DNA from: an uncultured Verrucomicrobiales bacterium
Lineage (GTDB): Bacteria; Verrucomicrobiota; Verrucomicrobiia; Verrucomicrobiales; DEV007
Reading direction: 5' to 3'
Length of the DNA stretch: 28,427 nt
Assembly: GCA_938091905.1 (NCBI GenBank)
Contig: CALKOM010000091.1
Coordinates: forward strand, 1 to 28,427
In this document: positions 1 through 8,317 of the stretch, piece by piece
Position numbering within the stretch: position 1 is the stretch's first letter
How the letters are laid out: each line of letters opens with the position of its first letter
Notes under the pieces: model-generated
Told to the model about the DNA's origin: nothing
Seen by the model: only the letters and a program-made list of their open reading frames with translations
The model's database searches: none
Position numbers and translations under genes: made by a program

Positions 1-133
1 GAGCCGACTCATCGGCTAAGAGAAGAGCCCGGGCCTTGATTACCTTCAAGGCGGCGATCTTACTTGATCTTGTTAGTGACTCCAGAGATCTACGTTCTTC
101 TTGAGTTAGTCTGAGGCGATAAATCTTACGCAT
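1..133 (-). CDS. IS630-family transposase, N-terminal (HTH) part; runs off the window edge
   Basis: Not in the ORF track. Manual translation from ATG at 133 gives MRKIYRLRLTQEERRSLESLTRSSKIAALKVIKARALLLADESA, matching the typical IS630 N-terminus (Y.v.Lt.eER..Le......A.k...Ar.LLLAD). Confidence 0.8.
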   Translation of the reverse strand, partial: MRKIYRLRLTQEERRSLESLTRSSKIAALKVIKARALLLADESA

Positions 134-213
134 CCGACCGAAGATGAGTCATTTAGGTAAAGTACAAATCTTTTCTCGAAAAATTTATCAATTCAATGTG
201 GACACTCTCCTAG
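1..213 (-). mobile_element. Left end of an IS630-family element
   Basis: Transposase start at 133. CTAG (TA core, the IS630 target) at 210-213 is followed on the minus strand by GAGAGTGTCCACATT, a plausible terminal IR. The partner IR is outside the window. Confidence 0.55.
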
Positions 214-218
214 TCATA

Positions 219-2162
219 TCACGCAACCGCCGTCGCATGTTCCTGTAGCATTGCCTTTATATCCTCTGCGGTAAAAGGTTTACTAAGAAGCGTTGTGAAA
301 CCGTCATCACGATAACGTGATAGGCCATCATCGTCCACGTACCCTGAGCAAACTACCGCATAAACTTCAGGATTTATCTGCATAATACGCTCCAGAGTCG
401 CAACGCCACCCAATCCACCGGGGATGGTCAGATCGAGAATCACTAGGTCAAAAGGGTCATCCTCTGCCATTGCATCTTGATAGTGCCCAATAGCTTGGAT
501 ACCGTCCTCCACTGCCACAATCCTCTGCTTCATGTTGCGTAGCAATCGATCTGCTACAATCCGGATCGGGGCCTGATCATCCATTAATAAAATTCGATTC
601 TCAGAGACCTCTTTTGCTACCGTATCCGTCGGAGCAGAACGATGAGTATCCACCTGAAAGACCGCAGGCAACCAAAGCGAAAAGAGGGTTCCCTCTCCTA
701 CCGTACTTTTCACAGCCATTCTCCCACCGTGCCTTTCAGCAATTGAGTGGCATGTAGCGAGCCCTAGCCCTGACCCTTCTGATTTGGTGGTAAAGTAAGG
801 GTCCCATATCCTTTCCAAGACTTCTGGTGCTATCCCAGGCCCATCGTCTCTAATGTCTATCTTCACATAGGGCCCCGGATCTAGGAAAGTATCATTATCT
901 ATCGATTGATTCGTGATATTGACATCGATAGCCCCAACCCCTCTCAGCGCTTGACTAGCATTCACGCATAGATTATTTATAATCTGACTTATCTGCCCTT
1001 CATCATAATTCGCTGCCCACAGATCGGGCTCAGGATTAACACGCCACACAATATCAGACCCGCTTAGAGAAAACTTAACCGAGTCATAAATCATTTGCTC
1101 AACTGGCTCAACCCTCATCACAGGAGCACCGCCTTTTGAAAAGGTCAACAACTGACGAGTCAGTCGCCTAGCAGCGACACATGCAGACTCAGCATCCTTT
1201 AATGCTTCGGAAATCAAATCAGGACTCTCCGATGCAGCAGAGATATTACCCAAAATACTTGCCAAATAATTATTAAAGTCGTGTGCTATACCACCAGCTA
1301 GGTGACCCACCGAGTCAAGACGCTGCAATCGCTCCGCCTGGTTCAGGAGCTTCAGGTCTTCGGTAATATTCTGAAAAATCAGGATCGAATATGAGTCTTC
1401 TGAATCTTCATGTGGTAAATCAGAAATAGCATAGCGATAGATACAATCCCCATGATCGTAGCGGCCTCCACCATGAGATTGCCTTGCCTGCTGGATGATT
1501 TCACGGATCTCAGTCGATCGAGAGCCAAACACATTCTCAAGAGGCACGCCCTTCTCGGAAAATATCTGACTATTCTCGCTAGGTAGATCGCTACCATTAG
1601 CTACCAATACAGTCTCGCCTCCCCGCAGTAACACTGCGCCACCCTCTGGGAGGTTGGCTAGCAAGCTGTTGAGTAGGCGGTCCCGATGACCTAGAGATAA
1701 GTTCTTTTTCTCCAACTCATCAGCATATCGCCTAGCTTCGGCGGCAGTCTGCTCGTGAGCATTTATCATCAGAAAATACTCGGCGATATCAAACACCTTG
1801 GGGAAATCCATAAACCTCAGCCCAAGCGCCTTAAGCTCTCGCGATGATCTGACAACAGGATGACAAAGAAAGTAGCATACCCCTGGGCTATTAGAAGAGG
1901 GTGCTTGGACCAATAGTTCTCCTTTCAGTTTCAGCCCTTTTTCGATGTGCTCGAGGACTAATAACCGATGTTCAATCTTATTCGGCAACCAATCACTAAC
2001 GAAGCGCGGTGCTACAATGCGAAACAAACCTAGGATTGAGACTCCAGTTTCAATAGACAACAATTTTTGCAACTTGGATCCGACCCTTATGATGAGTCCA
2101 TCAAAACCAATCTCAAGGTGGAAAGGAAAGAGCGCCTCACACTGCTTTTTTGAGAGGGTCAT
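219..2162 (-). CDS. Hybrid sensor histidine kinase/response regulator with N-terminal HNOBA (H-NOX-associated PAS) domain
   Basis: N-terminal LFPFHL..D..I..VG and LKLKGE HNOBA motifs, then a coiled coil. H-box GGIAHDFNNYL, N-box QIINNLCVNA, G-boxes DDGPGI/PYFTTK/GSGLGL. C-terminal REC with LMDD, DLVILD and LSKPF. Confidence 0.93.
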   Translation of the reverse strand: MTLSKKQCEALFPFHLEIGFDGLIIRVGSKLQKLLSIETGVSILGLFRIVAPRFVSDWLPNKIEHRLLVLEHIEKGLKLKGELLVQAPSSNSPGVCYFLCHPVVRSSRELKALGLRFMDFPKVFDIAEYFLMINAHEQTAAEARRYADELEKKNLSLGHRDRLLNSLLANLPEGGAVLLRGGETVLVANGSDLPSENSQIFSEKGVPLENVFGSRSTEIREIIQQARQSHGGGRYDHGDCIYRYAISDLPHEDSEDSYSILIFQNITEDLKLLNQAERLQRLDSVGHLAGGIAHDFNNYLASILGNISAASESPDLISEALKDAESACVAARRLTRQLLTFSKGGAPVMRVEPVEQMIYDSVKFSLSGSDIVWRVNPEPDLWAANYDEGQISQIINNLCVNASQALRGVGAIDVNITNQSIDNDTFLDPGPYVKIDIRDDGPGIAPEVLERIWDPYFTTKSEGSGLGLATCHSIAERHGGRMAVKSTVGEGTLFSLWLPAVFQVDTHRSAPTDTVAKEVSENRILLMDDQAPIRIVADRLLRNMKQRIVAVEDGIQAIGHYQDAMAEDDPFDLVILDLTIPGGLGGVATLERIMQINPEVYAVVCSGYVDDDGLSRYRDDGFTTLLSKPFTAEDIKAMLQEHATAVA

Positions 2163-2168
2163 CGTGAA

Positions 2169-2729
2169 CTACTCTTTCTCCCGCCAAGATACAGCAAACT
2201 GATCGCAATCGCTGGGGGATGTCTTGGTTCTGGTTATTTGTGCTTCTACAGGCGTCTCGAACCGATCTCCCAATCCTTCGAGCATTCCGATCACCATTGG
2301 AGTCAGACCTTCGCGCTCTGAGTAGTAATTCAATGTGAGCGTACGATTGTCAGTGTCCACATGCTCTATCTCGAAGGCTGGAGGTTTTAGGTCAGGCATG
2401 GCGATGCTGAGAGAAGTATGAAGCGAATTTAGATTTTCTAAAAACTCGACCAAATTATCACCCCAGGTATCCATCATGTCGCCATAGCCTGACTTGGCCG
2501 TGTATGTGATCCAATGTTTACCAAAAGCCTTAAGTATCGCCTCTGGTGAGAGGCCCAGCTTTTCTGAGGCAGCCCCTACCAGATCATAGGTGAGAGCATC
2601 AGGGTAGGTATCCATGGCTGAAAAATCGTCTCTCTCCAAGCCGACCTTTGCTCTTAGTTCATCCCAGGCGGCATCGCCGCACTGCTTGATTACCATCTCT
2701 CTGATTCCTTGATTCACTAATCCATACAT
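2169..2729 (-). CDS. H-NOX heme NO-binding protein
   Basis: MYGLVN start, proximal His in LNSLH, conserved Pro in MPDLKPPAF, YxSxR heme motif YYSEREGL. It ends 6 bp upstream of the kinase gene. Confidence 0.95.
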   Translation of the reverse strand: MYGLVNQGIREMVIKQCGDAAWDELRAKVGLERDDFSAMDTYPDALTYDLVGAASEKLGLSPEAILKAFGKHWITYTAKSGYGDMMDTWGDNLVEFLENLNSLHTSLSIAMPDLKPPAFEIEHVDTDNRTLTLNYYSEREGLTPMVIGMLEGLGDRFETPVEAQITRTKTSPSDCDQFAVSWREKE

Positions 2730-2830
2730 TTCTTCTTGGGGGAAAGTCCATGAAATATATTGTAGTGTTTATTATATTTCAAATAATTTATTAGAAAACA
2801 CCTAAAATCCCAATAATCCTTGGAATTCAA
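2730..2830 (-). promoter_or_regulatory. AT-rich probable promoter region of the hnoX-kinase operon
   Basis: Strongly AT-rich intergenic stretch directly upstream of the H-NOX start. No specific promoter elements were assigned. Confidence 0.4.
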
Positions 2831-2848
2831 AGCTGAGAGGATTGGGGC

Positions 2849-3001
2849 TTACCCCACCTCTAGCGCCTCGATTTCTTCGCTCAGCACCTCCCACCCAGAG
2901 AAGTACTTCTCCAATATCCCATCTAGCTAGGCTGGGCGCTCACTCGCTTCAGTAGCCTCGGCTCCTGCGGTTTTGAAAAACTCGGGATCTAGTAGCTTCT
3001 G
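2849..3001 (-). pseudogene. C-terminal fragment of an ABC-F (Uup-like) ATPase
   Basis: Manual translation QKLLDPEFFKTAGAEATEASERPA*LDGILEKYFSGWEVLSEEIEALEVG* resembles the ABC-F C-terminal domain (l.DP.fy......Le....rWE.L). There is an internal TAG at 2927-2929 and no upstream ATPase body. Confidence 0.6.
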
Positions 3002-3256
3002 AGTGGAAAAATAGCCCATTTGCCCTATTCATCAGCCCTCAATGCTCGGGAGCCTTCACGGGAGATGATTTAGTGCGCAAAAACCTTTTCAAAACGTCAA
3101 GTCGCCCTTCGGGGCCAAGAGCCAGTCTTACCATCGTCCTGGACAAACAAGTGATCGAGAATGTTCTGAGTTCGCCCGCCGGTGGCATTCAGCGTGGACC
3201 CGTGCCCGTGATCTTGGAATCCATGAGGCTTTCAGATTCCGGGCCAAATTACGCAT

Positions 3257-3325
3257 TCAAAGGCCAGACGCCTCACTGCTAACCTCAGTGACCCGCAGCC
3301 GCACAAAACGACGGGCCTTTTCAAG
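3257..3325 (-). pseudogene. Orphan 3' tail of an exported-protein gene cut by the IS21 insertion
   Basis: LEKARRFVRLRVTEVSSEASGL* starts exactly at the IS21 end (3326). It carries an RRFVRLRV motif like the termini of two other proteins here. The match is short. Confidence 0.35.
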
Positions 3326-4640
3326 TGTAAACGCCGGGTGAAAACCGGTACGGAGAACGAGGCGGACTAAAACCGGTACACCCATCAGAAAGGATGCGTG
3401 TACATGAACATGGAACTCAGCCATTCTAAGCCGCCTGGCTATCAGCGGGTGGTGAAGCCTTCGCGCAAGATCGATTCTCACCTCGATTGGATCGCTCAGA
3501 TTCTCGATGGTGATCGCGAAGTGCACCGTAAGCAACGCCATACGGCCAAGCGACTCTTCGAGCGACTCCGGGACGAGCGGGGCTACGAAGGTGGCTATAC
3601 CGGGGTGAAGGAGGCGGTAGCCGAACTTAAGGCCACTAAACGCGAGGTCTTTGTGCCCCTGAGTCATCCGCCCGGTGAGGCGCAGGTGGATTTCGGCCAT
3701 GCGCTTGTCAACCTCAATGGGTCCTTAACGAAGTGTCCCTTCTTCGTCATGAGTCTGCCTCACAGTGACGCCTTTCACGTCCGGGTCTTCGAGAGGGAAT
3801 GAACGGAGAGCTTCTGGGAGGGCCATGTGCGCGCCTTTTGTTTCTTTGGAGCGGTGCCCAAACGTATCAGCTATGATAACACCAGAGTGGCGGTAGCACA
3901 GATGTTAGGAGGACGTCAACGTAAACTCACGGACGGCTTTCTTCAGCTACAAAGCCACTATCTCTTTGAGGAACACTTCTGCCGTCCAGCCAGGGGCAAT
4001 GAGAAGGGCGTGGTTGAAGGCATTGTCCGCTACAGCCGTGCCAACTTCCTCGTACCAGTGCCTCAGGTGCGGACGCTGGATGAACTCAATGCCCGGCTGG
4101 AAGCGTCTTGTCGAGAGGACCTCAAGCGTCAATTGCGCGGTCAGTGCCAACGTAAGGAATATTTGTTAGCCGAAGAAGTCGCTCTCATGCTCCCGTTGCC
4201 TTCTGTCCCATTTGAAACCTGCCGGGTGGCAGCTACACGGGCTACCAAGCTTTCCTTGGTACGCTTTGATCGCAATGATTACTCTGTGCCGGTAGGCTAC
4301 GCCTACCGAGAAGTGGTCATCAAAGGAGACTGCGATGCGATCCGCATCTATCATAAAGACAGCTTAGTGGCCGAACATCGCCGGATCTGAAACAAGGAGC
4401 AGGTTTGTTTCGATCCTGTGCATTACCTTGCTCTGCTCGAGCGCAAACCAGAAGCCCTGGACTTCGCCCGTCCCTCGAAAGGTTGGCAGTTGCCCCAATG
4501 TCTACAAGTGCTTCGCAAGCGTTTGGAAGCCGACCACCAAAGTGCCGGGACCAAAGATTACATCAGCATACTACGCTTGTTAGAAAACACCCTCTCTCAC
4601 GCCTCAAAGCTGCTGTAGAGAAGGCGTTGGTGATGGATGA
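3326..4640 (+). mobile_element. Truncated IS21-family element (left end plus istA remnant; istB and right end missing)
   Basis: Begins TGTAAACGCC at 3326. The repeated box AAAACCGGTAC at 3341-3351 and 3369-3379 is typical of IS21 ends. An AAGGA RBS precedes GTG 3398. Confidence 0.85.
3398..4640 (+). pseudogene. istA: IS21 transposase IstA pseudogene
   Basis: Motifs KQRHTAKRLFERL, PGEAQVDFG, SYDN, GNEKGVVE, VRFDRNDYSVP and HYLALLERKP. In-frame TGA at 3800-3802 and 4388-4390, a 1-nt frameshift near 4585 (LLE/KHPLSRL), and truncation near 4640. Confidence 0.92.
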
Positions 4641-7494
4641 CGTCACCTTGCTTCCGAATGAAACGACATTCACGGTTGCCATTCTTGCTGAGGAATTGGT
4701 CGAACTTGATGAAACCATCCTTGCAACCTTATCCGGAATTGAAGCCGAAGGCCGTGCGGTGGAGTTCTCCAACACGGAAGAAACACTGAGCACCAATGGA
4801 ACGATCACGAACGATGATTCAGCAACGGTGAATTTAGTAGAAGCCTCCGTGGTTGAGGGCAATGAAGGAACAACAGAGATGGTTTTTGTCGCCACGCAGG
4901 AAGGGGAAGTTGACGTTCCGGCTACCGCTTCTTTCCGAACCACACAGGGTACTGCGAGCGTAACAGTTGACTACACGGCACTTGCTCTGGCGGATCAGGA
5001 AATTCTCGGAACAGGCACCAACTTTACAGTCCCCGTAATACCTGATCTTCAGGTGGAAGCCGATGAGACATTTGGATGTGTAATCCATTCGCTCAACAGC
5101 CAAGGGCGCTCGGTAGACTTCTCTAGCATGACTGCCGAGATGGCCGTGGCGGGATTGATTGTTAATGATGATACTGCACAGATTAGCATTGCTGATCTAT
5201 CTCTCGTAAAAACGGATTCCGGCACAACGAACTTTGTCTTTGATGTCACTCTCAATGCTGCGGTCGATCAGCCATTTACTATGGACTACGGAGTTTCCCA
5301 TGAGACCACCAACGGTGCAGATTTAGCTCTCGAAACTGAAACCCTGAACTTTGCAGGAACTACGAATGAAGTTCGGCAGATAACGGTGCTTGTTACTGGC
5401 GAGGAGATTGTCGAACTTGATGAAACCTTCCTGGTGAACCTTTCTAATCTGAGCACTGGGAATCTATCGGTCTCAATCGCGGATGGCGAAGCGCGTGCGA
5501 CGATCCAGAACGATGATCAGGCGATCGTAGAATTGGCGGTCTCTAATGCCTTCGAAGATCAAAACGGGCCAGCAAATCTAGTCTACACCGCAACGTTGGT
5601 AGGCGAGGTTGATGTTCCTGTTGAAGTGTCCTTTGGCACTCAGGATGGATCGGCCACACCTGGATCAGACTACACGACGACCATAGACACTTTGGTGGTG
5701 ACTGCTGATGGGGGGACGGTCAATGTGCCGGTTGTTGCAGATCCAGTTGTCGAGCTAGACGAGACGGTGGGAGGGGTTCTCTCCGTACTGTCCGCTGAAG
5801 GTCGCGATGTGATTTTCCAAGGTGAAGAAAGCACTCTGAGTATCGATGGCACCATTCTCAATGATGACTCGGCAGTTCTCAGCGTTAATGATGTGACTCT
5901 TCCAGAGGGAGACAGTGACGCTACGAATTTCGTCTTCGAAGTGACTCTGGATACGCCAGTCGATATCGGCTTTAACGTTGCTTACGCTACTGGCACGGAT
6001 ACTACCGACAGTGGAGATTTCACGCTGAACTCCGGTGAGATCACCTTTGCTGGAACGGTTGGTGAAATGCAAACAGTTACCGTGGCGGTTACAGGTGACG
6101 AGCTCTTGGAAGTTGACGAGACCTTCTTCCTTAACCTGATCGAGGTGCTCGGCGCCGGTGGCCGAGATATTACCTTTGCTTCAGGTGGTCAGGGAACTGG
6201 ATTCATTACCAACGATGATGCCGGTGCTATTTCCATCAGTGATGTAGCTGTAGCAGAAGGAGACGATGGAGAGACTGACTTTATCTTTACGGTATCTTCC
6301 GATGCTGCGCTCGATCAGGTTTTCTCGGTCGACTACAGCACAGCTTTCGGGACAGCGACGGCGGAAGATATCACGGCGACTTCGGGAACCCTGATCTTAC
6401 TCGGAAACCTTGACGAGAGTCGCACCTTCACAGTGAAGGTGACAGGTGATGAACTTGTCGAACTTGATGAGAGCTTCTTTGTCAATCTCAGCAATGTGCA
6501 AGCCAACGGCAAGCAGATCGCAATCGGGGACGGGCAAGGTGAGGGAACGATTACCAATAACGATGAGGCGAGTATCTTGCTGACGGGTGGATCTGTCGTA
6601 GAAGGCGATGATGGGGTGGTGAGCGTCACTTATACTGCGACGCTTTCAGCTGAGGTTGATGTGCCTGTGCTGGTAGACTTTGCCACTTCTGATGGAACTG
6701 CGGTTGCCGCAGAGGACTACACTGAAACGAGCACGACTGCGACCGCGGTTACGACTGAAGGAGTTCGGTTCACTGTTCCGGTGACTCCTGAGAATCTTGC
6801 GGAAGTAGATGAAAGTATCGTGGGAACTCTTTCTGCGCTCGATGCTTCAGGTCGCGCCGTCACCTTTAGCGGTGATGCCGCAACTCTGGCTGCGAACGCG
6901 ACTATCGAAAACGATGACTTCTCGCCAGTTGGCAATGAGGACGGTATCTACAATGTGATAGAGGATCAGGTGCTCAACGTGGCCTTTACCGGGGGTGTGC
7001 TCATCAATGATACTGATGCTGACGACGGCGACGGAGTTGCCAATCTGACGAGTGTTTCAGTGGCCGATGACGTCGACAACGGAACCTCGGTTCTCAATGA
7101 GGACGGGAGCTTCACCTATACTCCAAACCCAGATTATCATGGTGATGATAGCTTCACCTATCTCGTGTCCGACGGAACCAACTCGAGCCAGGGAGTGGCC
7201 AATATCTTTGTCGAGGAGGGGACTCCACCAGCTGACGACGGTGGTTTTCAAGTCTTACGGACGGAGAGGCTGGCGAATGGTGACATGCTCATCGCGATCG
7301 CTTCCACTCCGGGCGAGACCTACGCTATCGAGTATTCTGAAGACATGGTAAACTGGACGCGCGTAGAGCCTACCGTGGTTGCTAACGCAAACCGCCTGCA
7401 GTGGACTGACAACGGTCCGCCGAAGACGGTAAGTCATCCATCCACTGTCACGAACCGCTACTATCGTTTCGTTCTCATCAGCACAGCCGAGTAA
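4641..7494 (+). pseudogene. 5'-truncated Calx-beta repeat surface protein/adhesin with an Ig-like (Big_9/tandem-95) repeat and C-terminal domain
   Basis: Seven units of about 115 aa with VE.DE and I.N(D/N)D motifs, the first one partial. These are followed by GSFTYTPNPDYHGDDSFTY and the terminus WTDNGPPKT...RYYRFV. The first ~78 aa of the 4405 ORF are IS21 sequence, and there is no signal peptide. The body is open-frame. Confidence 0.8.
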
Positions 7495-7537
7495 TCACTA
7501 TCAAAATCTTATGAAACTAGACCAGCGCCCCTTGCTG

Positions 7538-7550
7538 TAAGTCGTTGATT
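7538..7550 (-). promoter_or_regulatory. IHF-consensus site
   Basis: Minus strand AATCAACGACTTA matches WATCAANNNNTTR exactly. Confidence 0.45.
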
Positions 7551-7566
7551 TTCATCTATTTCCTTC

Positions 7567-7585
7567 CCCGGGCGCGCCCGGGAGG
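7567..7585. other. 16-bp perfect palindrome overlapping a tRNA-3'-end-like sequence (possible att remnant)
   Basis: CCCGGGCGCGCCCGGG at 7567-7582. Minus strand 7585-7571 reads CCTCCCGGGCGCGCC, resembling the 3' end of some tRNA-Arg genes. Confidence 0.4.
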
Positions 7586-7589
7586 TGGG

Positions 7590-7657
7590 CTGCTAGGAAA
7601 TTGCTTTTCGTCTACGGGGTCAGATTCGCCGCCTTGTTAGGGATTGGAGGGGGTTCA
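7590..7657 (+). repeat. Dispersed direct repeat, copy 1
   Basis: CTGCTAGGAAATTGCTTTTCGTCTACGGGGTCAGATTCGCCGCCTTGTTAGGG matches 10474 onward with 5 mismatches in 53 bp, then gapped similarity to GGTTCA. Confidence 0.9.
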
Positions 7658-7662
7658 AGTAA

Positions 7663-7782
7663 CTCTGGCGCGGTGGCAACACCATGGTGGTGGTGACTCA
7701 CGAAGAGGAAGTAGCCCGCCATTCGCGCCGCATCCTGTGCATCCGCGACGGCTTGTTAGCGTCTGATGAGCGATTCAGTTGA
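7663..7782 (+). pseudogene. C-terminal fragment of a LolD/MacB-type ABC transporter ATPase
   Basis: Manual translation LWRGGNTMVVVTHEEEVARHSRRILCIRDGLLASDERFS* contains the H-loop VVVTH(E) and R.i.irDG. It is preceded by an in-frame TAA at 7660-7662 and lacks Walker motifs. Confidence 0.85.
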
Positions 7783-7817
7783 GGACCGAGTTTTCGCGAA
7801 CCCCGATCACGCCCCTC

Positions 7818-8303
7818 CTACTCGACCGAAGCCTTCTTGGTTTCTCCGGGTTTCCAAACCTGGTAGCGGACTTCGAACCCCTTGGGCACGATGACGACCA
7901 CCGGTAACTTGCTGTTGTAGCGCACCCACCAATCCTGGGAGAGGCTAACAAATTTTTCCACCTTGGGTGCGTCGGGCGGAGCGGCCGCCCGCGTGCCAGC
8001 CATGGGCCCAACTTCCTTCACGTTGTAGTAGGAGTGACCCCAGCCTGGAATAGATTTCCTTTCGCCTTTGCCCGAGAAAAAGTAGCGATTGATGGTGTCG
8101 AGTTGTAACGTCTTCCCGACAATGAGATTCAAGCGAAGGCCTTCTTCATTCTCTAGCTTGGGCAAGCGAAACACATAACGCTCATAGCCTTCTTCAGTTT
8201 TGGGTTAAGGCTTGAGGTCTTCGTTTTCGGCAGGGAGCGAGGATAACATGAAAACGGACCCGATCAGAGTGAGGAGGAGCGGGGCTATGGAACAGCGATT
8301 CAT
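7818..8303 (-). pseudogene. eco: Ecotin family serine protease inhibitor with a premature stop at codon 33
   Basis: Signatures LIVGKT, GWGHSYY and RYNSKLPVVV.VPKGFEVRYQVW. The frame extends upstream to ATG 8303 with a signal peptide (MNRCSIAPLLLTLIGSVFMLSSLPA). TAA at 8205-8207 falls in LKP*PK, where ecotins have PYP. Confidence 0.88.
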
Positions 8304-8317
8304 GGCTGCATGGTAAG

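Noticed and set aside
3073..3282. 69 aa plus-strand ORF
   Set aside because: No recognisable family or RBS support, and it lies among gene debris.
3800..4390. Two in-frame TGA codons in istA suggesting TGA recoding (code 4/25 or Sec)
   Set aside because: TGA ends intact genes here (kinase, giant). The two sites appear to correspond to different residues (Cys, Trp), and the gene is also frameshifted and truncated.
4405..4640. N-terminus of the 1029 aa ORF as a real protein start
   Set aside because: It is alternate-frame and then in-frame IS21 sequence, with no signal peptide.
4699..6475. Recurring GTCGAACTTGATGA DNA motif
   Set aside because: Explained by the VELDE motif of the Calx-beta protein repeats.
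7590..7657. Repeat as an integron attC site (minus strand begins CCCTAAC) or a CRISPR repeat
   Set aside because: No complementary GTTRRRY end or hairpin is evident, copy 2 has CCCTAGC, there are only two copies 2.9 kb apart, and no intI or cas genes are present.
7540..7660. Complete tRNA gene
   Set aside because: Only a 15-nt 3'-end-like match; there is no T-loop GTTCGA in register and no cloverleaf.
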